Notes under the pieces: generated by a model
The model's database searches: none
The model's input: the letters and a program-made list of their open reading frames with translations, nothing else
What the model was told of the DNA's origin: nothing
Made by a program: the position numbers and the translations under genes
Part shown: piece after piece, positions 27,101-32,000 of the stretch
How the letters are laid out: every line of letters begins with the position of its first letter
Position numbering within the stretch: position 1 is the first letter of the stretch
Assembly: GCF_019464535.1 (NCBI RefSeq)
Contig: NZ_CP080507.1
Location: forward strand, 870,001-902,000
Source: Horticoccus luteus
GTDB taxonomy: Bacteria; Verrucomicrobiota; Verrucomicrobiia; Opitutales; Opitutaceae
DNA length: 32,000 nt
Direction: 5' to 3'

Positions 27101-27387
27101 GGCGGGAAGCGGAACGCGATGCGCAAAAGGAGGCCGACGCGGCGGCGGCGGCGCGCGGGGAAAGGGGCGGCGTCATTGGCCTGCCCATCGCCGACATGGA
27201 GGCGCGGCTGAAGCAGCGCGTGCAGGTGACGCCGGACGATTTGCGGGCGCTGGCGGAGGCGCGGGCGCGGGCGGTGCGCGACTACTTTACGCAGGCGGGA
27301 ATCGCCGGTGAGCGGGTGCTTCTCACGTCGGCGGGTCAGAGCGCGCCCGAGCAAGCGGCGCCGCGGGCGACCTTGTCGTTGCAGTGA
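24157..27387 (+). CDS. DUF748-domain protein (AsmA-like large envelope protein), 1076 aa
   Basis: The start is taken at the ATG at 24157. The sequence MYRFPRRFRWFRWTVILVGLYGLVGFFALPPLIRTQLPKRLSVELGRTVTIGSVRVNPFALSATLENVNITE...GNVAVGADGGLNFSDLL is the characteristic DUF748 N-terminal anchor plus its first repeat. A long beta-rich body follows. Next comes an Ala/Glu/Arg-rich charged segment (EEKHEEKLAAAAAEQRRREAERDAQKEADAAAAA). The tail (LRALAEARARAVRDYFTQAGIAGERVLLTS) is reminiscent of OmpA-like C-termini. Confidence 0.8.
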   Translation: MYRFPRRFRWFRWTVILVGLYGLVGFFALPPLIRTQLPKRLSVELGRTVTIGSVRVNPFALSATLENVNITERDRRGSFVSWKRLYVNADPLASLFGEWVIGAIELDGFQGNVAVGADGGLNFSDLLADAKGDSADARGGAKEHRPVRIGRLQVTRAQVSVRDESRRQEFTTLVGPVTFLVTGFRTGGRADSPYAFEATTEAGEKIAWRGTLTTAPFRSSGEFHLDDVLLPKYAPYYSASLGAVVEDGRVSVGGKYEADFGAGERKLAIAGATVAVRDLRIVEPGATEPMLALPKVDATEIDADALARRVDIARLAVAGGSVSVRREADGKLSWERVWTPAQLTVQPGGASVARGATTGASVDRDRTPDVRAQAIAITGLKVHATDRTLPRPADVTLNALKLNVKNFSLAEGSPMPLQMGFDWAPEGAVQIDGTVTLKPSLAANVVVVATKMALAPMSPYLEQHFNARIAAGTLSTQSRVQINSGGTGPAVNVGGDASLTGFKLTEGTEGAPVAGWTDLALEKFSASTSEPLTVAVDEVKLAGPTANLVRRADGTWNVAGLRRATAQTPETTSAATPSILLPGMSAGSGGAAEPEPKISIGRVTINEGEFAFTDQSIKPAVRMALTQFGGVVTGLSSEHGAKANLDLSARVDGSGPVKVTGQVDPLGREKSAALNVDLRNVDLVPLSPYAAKFAGYEVARGKLQVDVTFHLKDAALNSADVITLDQFTWGAASDSPAATKLPVRLGVALLKDREGKIVLDVPVEGNVDDPNFRVSRVVWHAIGNVLTKAATSPFALLGSMFGGGGDELSWQDFAAGSSELQAGEEKKLATMVKALTERPGLSVAIEGGYDAGVDRPALQEQKWKEQLRAQVQRLRGSTAASAPRGEPLAATGEERAEAVKALYARTFPGGVEVPMSSPDEAAERTAENADAAPAAKSAPPAAKKSGNIGLVERTWGFLTSWRKRREEKHEEKLAAAAAEQRRREAERDAQKEADAAAAARGERGGVIGLPIADMEARLKQRVQVTPDDLRALAEARARAVRDYFTQAGIAGERVLLTSAGQSAPEQAAPRATLSLQ

Positions 27388-27440
27388 AACGACGTGCGGG
27401 GCGGCGCGTGCGTTTACGGAAAGACGTCAGGGCCGCCGGC

Positions 27441-28232
27441 TCAATGCGGGTTGGCGAGCGAGGGCATCGCGGCGAGTTCGGCGGCGAGTGATTCGAGCCA
27501 CGCGAGGGCCTCGCGGCAGTGGGACGGGATGGCGGCGGGGTCGGCGACAAACATCAGGCGTTGCAAGCGCGCAGCGTCGGCGGCGGGAAGCGTTTGGTGA
27601 AGGTAGCGGTTGCCCCAATTGTGGCGGAGCGGGTCGTGTTTGATGCGGAGCATTTCCACAAGGGCGGTGAGCACGATGCTTTGATACCAGTGCAACGCGT
27701 CGATGAGGTGCCCGCGGCGGAGTTCCTTGTCGGGGAAATGGCCGAAGAATTTCAGGCGGGCGGTGAGCTGCGCGAGACGATCGCGGAGCCGCGTCTCAAG
27801 CGCGAGGCGGTCGACAGGACGCGGGCGCGCGAACAGGCCGGCGCGATCAAAGAGCACCGGGGGCCGGCCGTGGAGCTCGTCGTTGAATTTGTAAGGCGCG
27901 CTGAGCTTCATCACGCAAAAGTCGAGCAGGAGCCACGGCGGTGAGCCGGTGAAGCGGTAGAAGCGCTGGCTGTGGCCGTGCCAGGCGGGCTCCGGCACGA
28001 TAAGGCGGTCGTCGACGGGGGCGATTTTCGCGAGCGCGGACTCGACAGCGGCGAAGGCATCAGGGACGTGATCGTCGTCCACGACGGCTTGGAGATCGGC
28101 ATCGCTCCACGTGTCGGTGCGGCCAAAGGACGCGGAGCCGCCTTCCCACAGGGTGTGAGCCCAGGGTTGGTTTTCGAGGGCGGTGTGCACGCAGGCGATG
28201 AGCGTGAGGCGATCGAGGGCGGGCGAAGGCAT
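27441..28232 (-). CDS. Nucleotidyltransferase-fold protein (Pol-beta superfamily, ANT/Lnu-like architecture)
   Basis: The start is taken at the ATG at 28232 (MPSPALDRL..). The segment LWEGGSASFGRTDTWSDADLQAVVDD fits the G-S...D-x-D minimal nucleotidyltransferase motif. A helical C-terminal domain follows (HLIDALHWYQSIVLTALVEMLRIKHD). The substrate is unknown. Confidence 0.55.
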   Translation of the reverse strand: MPSPALDRLTLIACVHTALENQPWAHTLWEGGSASFGRTDTWSDADLQAVVDDDHVPDAFAAVESALAKIAPVDDRLIVPEPAWHGHSQRFYRFTGSPPWLLLDFCVMKLSAPYKFNDELHGRPPVLFDRAGLFARPRPVDRLALETRLRDRLAQLTARLKFFGHFPDKELRRGHLIDALHWYQSIVLTALVEMLRIKHDPLRHNWGNRYLHQTLPAADAARLQRLMFVADPAAIPSHCREALAWLESLAAELAAMPSLANPH

Positions 28233-28333
28233 GCGACAAGGAAGGCAAAAGACGGTGGCGCGGTCAACGAGCCGGCGGATCCATGCGCGGCGGGGTTGCG
28301 TGGAGGAACGGGAGCCGCCAAGTTGCGCGCTCC

Positions 28334-30022
28334 ATGGCCAAACCTGACGACGCACCGACGATTATTTTTTCGATGCTGGGTGTCTCGAAGAAAATCGAGC
28401 GCAAGGAAATCCTCCGCGACATCTCGTTGTCGTTTTACTACGGCGCGAAGATCGGCGTGCTGGGGCTCAACGGCTCCGGCAAGTCGTCGTTGCTGCGGAT
28501 CCTCGCGGGGCGGGACACGGAGATCGACGGGAGCGTGCATTTCGAGCCGGGTTACAACGTGGGCTTGCTGGAGCAGGAGCCGCAATTGACGCCGGGCAAA
28601 ACGGTGCGCGAGTGCGTGGAGGAAGGCGTGAAGCACTTGACGGATCTGACGGCGGCCTACGACGCGACGTGGGATGACATCGGCGCGGCGGAAACGGATG
28701 AGCAGCGCGATGCGATCACGAAGAAGCAGGGCGAATTGCAGGAGGAAATCGACCGGCTCGGTGCGTGGGATGTGGCGCCGCAAGTGGAGATGGCGATGGA
28801 CGCGCTGCGGTGTCCGCCGGGCGATCAGCCGGTGGAGAAGCTTTCGGGGGGCGAGCGGCGGCGCGTGGCGCTGGCGCGGTTGTTGTTGCAGAAGCCGTCG
28901 ATCCTGCTGCTCGACGAGCCGACGAATCACCTCGATGCGGAGAGCGTCAACTGGCTGGAGCAGCACTTGGCGCGTTACGAGGGCACGGTGATCGCGGTGA
29001 CGCACGACCGGTATTTTTTGGACAACGTGGCGCAGTGGATTCTGGAGTTGTCGTATGGGCACGGGATTCCGTGGAAGGGGAATTATTCGTCGTGGCTGGA
29101 GCAGAAGCAGCGGCGGAGCGCGGTGGAGCAGCGCACGGAGGACCGGCGGCAGAAGGCGATGGCGCGCGAGCTGGAGTGGATCCGCTCGTCGGCGAAGGCG
29201 CGGCAGTCGAAGGGGCAGGCGCGCATCAACGCTTACGAGTCGATGCTGGCGCAAAACGTCGCGGAGAAAGAGCGGGAGTTTGAGGTGATCATCCCGCCGG
29301 GGCCGCGGCTGGGGGCGCTGGTGGTGGAGGCGAAGGACCTGGCGAAGAGTTACGGCGACAACGTGCTGTTTGAAGGGGTGAATTTTTCGCTGCCCCCGGG
29401 CGGAATCGTGGGCGTGATCGGCCCGAACGGCGCGGGCAAGACGACGTTGTTCCGGTTGATCGTGGGCGCGGAGCAGCCGGATCGCGGAGAGTTGCGCGTA
29501 GGCCCGACGGTGAAGATCGCGCACGTGGATCAGTCGCGTGATTCGCTGCCGGACGCCGAGACGATCTGGCAGGCGATCAGCGGCGGCGAGGAGATCATGA
29601 AGCTGGGCGGGCGCGAGGTGAACAGCCGGGCGTATTGCGCGCAGTTTGGTTTCACGGGCGCGGATCAGAGCAAGAAAGTCGGCGTGTTGTCGGGCGGGGA
29701 GCGCAACCGCGTGCATCTCGCACGATTGCTGAAGAGCGGCGCGAACCTGATTTTGTTGGACGAGCCGACGAACGATCTCGATGTGAACTCGATCCGCGCG
29801 CTGGAGGAGGCGTTGGAAAATTTCGCGGGGTGCGCGGTGGTGGTGTCGCACGACCGGTGGTTTCTGGACCGGGTGGCGACGCACATCCTGGCGTTTGAAG
29901 GCGAGAGCACGGTGCACTGGTTCAACGGCAATTTCTCGGCGTATCAGGAGGATTATCGCCGGCGGAAGGGGAAGGAGGCGGATCAGCCGCACCGGATCAA
30001 ATATCGGAAGCTTGCGCGGTGA
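28334..30022 (+). CDS. ettA: Energy-dependent translational throttle protein EttA (ABC-F ATPase)
   Basis: The start is taken at the ATG at 28334 (MAKPDDAPTIIFSMLGVSK). There are two ABC cassettes. The first has Walker A GLNGSGKS, LSGGERRRVALARLL and LLLDEPTNHLD. The second has GPNGAGKTT, LSGGERNRVHLARLL and ILLDEPTNDLD. The sequence is near-collinear with E. coli EttA, including GIPWKGNYSSWLEQK, IPPGPRLG and the C-terminal HRIKYRKLAR. Confidence 0.95.
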   Translation: MAKPDDAPTIIFSMLGVSKKIERKEILRDISLSFYYGAKIGVLGLNGSGKSSLLRILAGRDTEIDGSVHFEPGYNVGLLEQEPQLTPGKTVRECVEEGVKHLTDLTAAYDATWDDIGAAETDEQRDAITKKQGELQEEIDRLGAWDVAPQVEMAMDALRCPPGDQPVEKLSGGERRRVALARLLLQKPSILLLDEPTNHLDAESVNWLEQHLARYEGTVIAVTHDRYFLDNVAQWILELSYGHGIPWKGNYSSWLEQKQRRSAVEQRTEDRRQKAMARELEWIRSSAKARQSKGQARINAYESMLAQNVAEKEREFEVIIPPGPRLGALVVEAKDLAKSYGDNVLFEGVNFSLPPGGIVGVIGPNGAGKTTLFRLIVGAEQPDRGELRVGPTVKIAHVDQSRDSLPDAETIWQAISGGEEIMKLGGREVNSRAYCAQFGFTGADQSKKVGVLSGGERNRVHLARLLKSGANLILLDEPTNDLDVNSIRALEEALENFAGCAVVVSHDRWFLDRVATHILAFEGESTVHWFNGNFSAYQEDYRRRKGKEADQPHRIKYRKLAR

Positions 30023-30104
30023 GGACGGACGGCAGGCTCAGACGCGAACAAACATGCGATGATGGGCGTGGGAATAAATGGGGGCGTGGATTGCTCCTAG
30101 GAAC

Positions 30105-30737
30105 ATGAAGTGGCAATGTGCGGCCTTGGGCTTGCTGGCGTTGATGATCTGCGGTTGTCGCGATGATTCCACGACGCGGCCGGCGCGAAAAACCGAAATC
30201 AACATGGATGCAAAAACCGAATCGATCGTGCTCGGCGGGGGATGTTTCTGGTGCACGGAAGCGGCGTATGAATTGCTGCCCGGCGTGACGGACGTCGTGA
30301 GTGGTTACGCGGGCGGTGATGAACCGAATCCGACGTATGAAGCGGTGTGCGCCCACGCGACCGGCCATGCGGAGGTGGTGCAGGTGACGTTCGATCCGGC
30401 GCAGGTTTCGCTGGAAAAAGTGCTCAATTATTTCTGGCAGATTCATAACCCGACCCAGGTGGGCGGGCAGGGCAACGATCACGGGCCGCAGTATCGGTCG
30501 ATCATCCTCTACGCCGATGAGGCGCAGCGCGCGGCGGCGGAGGCCTCACGCGCGGAGGCGGCGAAGACGTTTCGCGATCCAATCACGACGGAGATCGTGC
30601 CGTTGAAGAAATTCTGGCGGGCGGAGGAGTATCATCAGGATTACTTCCGGAAGAATCCGAACGCCGGTTACTGCAGCTATGTGATCGCGCCGAAGGTGCG
30701 GAAGCTGGAGCACAAGCTGGCGGCGGAGCAGAAGTGA
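30105..30737 (+). CDS. msrA: Peptide-methionine (S)-S-oxide reductase MsrA, possibly exported or lipidated
   Basis: The core motifs are GGGCFWCTEAAY (catalytic Cys), GYAGG, PTYEAVC, GHAEVVQVTFDP, HNPTQ, GNDHGPQYRS and EEYHQDYF. Three in-frame ATGs exist at 30078, 30105 and 30204. The first two add MKWQCAALGLLALMICGC, a signal-peptide-like segment with a marginal lipobox. The third gives a canonical cytoplasmic-length enzyme. The start choice is uncertain. Confidence 0.85.
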   Translation: MKWQCAALGLLALMICGCRDDSTTRPARKTEINMDAKTESIVLGGGCFWCTEAAYELLPGVTDVVSGYAGGDEPNPTYEAVCAHATGHAEVVQVTFDPAQVSLEKVLNYFWQIHNPTQVGGQGNDHGPQYRSIILYADEAQRAAAEASRAEAAKTFRDPITTEIVPLKKFWRAEEYHQDYFRKNPNAGYCSYVIAPKVRKLEHKLAAEQK

Positions 30738-30753
30738 CGGCGGGGGCGGAAGC

Positions 30754-32000
30754 TCATCGCGCTGATTCGAGCCAGCGGAGGTTGGCGTCGCGGTAATCGA
30801 TGCGGCTGAGGTAGTATTTCGGAGTGCGGAATTCGAGCCAGCGGTTGCGGTCGGTGTTGATGCCGAAAGCGCCGGGGTAGCGCTGGAGCAGGCGGTCCAC
30901 CCCCGGGGCATCGAGAAGCTGGGCGATCGCGAAGTTTTTGGGGTCCTGCACGCGCACCGCATCCCGGGCGGCGGCGAGGTCGGGCGCGGAAAGCCAGCGG
31001 GAGACCGTGACCATATTAAATTGCTGCGGCGTCACCGAGGCGAGGAGACAAGCCTGCCCGCCCACCTGCCAGACCGAGACGTGGTCGAATACGGCGCGGG
31101 CGGTGCCGAGGATGGTGCCGATTTCGCGGGCGCTCAGATGGTGGAGCTGGACCCATTGCACCAGCACGCCGCCGGGGGCGAGGCGGTCGCGTGCGAGCGC
31201 ATAGAACTCGCGCGAATAGAGATTGGTGGCGCCGGCATACCACACGGAGGTGAGTTCGATCTGGATGAGGTCGTAAGGCTCGCGGGCGCGCAGCAGGAAA
31301 TTGCGGCCGTCTTCGAGGTGGACGGCAACGTTGGCGCGGTCGAAAACGCCGGCGTTGATGCCGGCAAACTCCGCGCGCGCTCCCGCGATGTTGGCGGGGG
31401 AGAGATCAACGATGTCGACCCGGCCGAAGCCGAGACGGGCAATGACGGAGGCGGTCTGACCGGAACCGGCGCCGATGATGAGGGCGCGGTCCCGTGTGGG
31501 CGCGTGGGTGGCGGCGACGACGGCGAAGCCGACTTGGGCGGGGACTTCACCCGCATCATCGGCCTCGAATTTTCCGTTTTGCAGAAGAGTTTTGGTGATG
31601 CCGCCGTTGGCCCGGGGCGTGGCGGTGACAGTGACGAAGCCGGACTGAAAGTCTTCGGCGAACCAAAGCAACCGGGCTTGCGGGCTGAGTGACGGCTGCA
31701 GGTAGACGCCGAATCCGCGGGTGAGCTCGAGCCGGTTCCAAGGCGGTAAAACGGCGAGAAGGAGCAGGCCGGCGAGGCCGGGTGCGACCCACGCCAGGCG
31801 CAACGACCGGCGCAGGACAAGGGCGAGCCAGCCCGCAGCGGCGAGCAACGCGAAGCCCAGCAGCGTGTGTTCGGCGCCGAACGCGGGGATGAGGACGAAG
31901 CCCGTGACGAGCGCACCTCCGACGCAGCCGAGGACATTGGCGACGCTCAGGCGGGAGACATGAGCGCTGTCGCTTCTCGCGTCGAGCAGCAGGGGAAAGA
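30754..32000 (-). CDS. Spermidine-synthase-like methyltransferase-fold protein fused to an N-terminal membrane domain; the 5' end runs off the right window edge
   Basis: The track ORF starts at a TTG at 31848. The same frame stays open to base 32000 and reads as TM helices (..FPLLLDARSDSAHVSRLSVANVLGCVGGALVTGFVLIPAFGAEHTLLGFALLAAAGWLALVL..). The C-terminal domain has the SAM-binding fold ALIIGAGSGQTASVIARLGFGRVDIVDLSPANI and the motifs DGRNFL and YDLIQIEL, as in the spermine/spermidine synthase family. Confidence 0.8.
   Translation of the reverse strand, partial: FPLLLDARSDSAHVSRLSVANVLGCVGGALVTGFVLIPAFGAEHTLLGFALLAAAGWLALVLRRSLRLAWVAPGLAGLLLLAVLPPWNRLELTRGFGVYLQPSLSPQARLLWFAEDFQSGFVTVTATPRANGGITKTLLQNGKFEADDAGEVPAQVGFAVVAATHAPTRDRALIIGAGSGQTASVIARLGFGRVDIVDLSPANIAGARAEFAGINAGVFDRANVAVHLEDGRNFLLRAREPYDLIQIELTSVWYAGATNLYSREFYALARDRLAPGGVLVQWVQLHHLSAREIGTILGTARAVFDHVSVWQVGGQACLLASVTPQQFNMVTVSRWLSAPDLAAARDAVRVQDPKNFAIAQLLDAPGVDRLLQRYPGAFGINTDRNRWLEFRTPKYYLSRIDYRDANLRWLESAR

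Overview
This is a high-GC bacterial chromosomal segment. Most 60-nt lines exceed 65% GC by eye, and long Gly/Ala/Arg-rich antisense shadow ORFs are common. Protein signatures, especially the SPFEV-type TonB-receptor plug, tentatively suggest a Verrucomicrobia/Opitutaceae-like genome, but this is recollection, not a search result. I support about 24 protein genes and one tRNA.

Gene content, left to right:
- a TonB-dependent receptor, truncated at the left edge
- a three-gene hydroxyproline catabolic operon (epimerase, FAD D-amino-acid dehydrogenase, alpha-ketoglutarate-semialdehyde dehydrogenase)
- a TPR_5-like protein, a secreted hypothetical protein and a DUF456 membrane protein
- thrS, cysS, hemB and an APC amino-acid permease
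- a hyper-acidic hypothetical protein followed by a clean intrinsic terminator
- pyrD, then an ECF sigma / RskA-type anti-sigma pair
- tRNA-Leu(GAG), a RhaT-family symporter, an S9 peptidase and a YkgJ-type Cys-cluster protein
- an orphan small ORF, a 1076-aa DUF748/AsmA-like protein and a nucleotidyltransferase-fold protein
- ettA, msrA and a membrane-fused spermidine-synthase-like gene, truncated at the right edge

I see no integrase, transposase, CRISPR array, toxin-antitoxin pair or recognisable defence genes. This looks like an ordinary core region, and I cannot point to a convincing novel multi-gene system.

The observations I consider most worth a second look:
1. The hyper-acidic protein at 15374-16174.
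2. Recurrent CU-rich (CCUCC/CUCCU) tracts at the position where a Shine-Dalgarno would be expected, upstream of many start codons.
3. A ThrRS that lacks the TGS domain but carries an insertion in the catalytic core.
4. An MsrA with two possible in-frame starts, one giving a lipoprotein-like form and one a cytoplasmic form.
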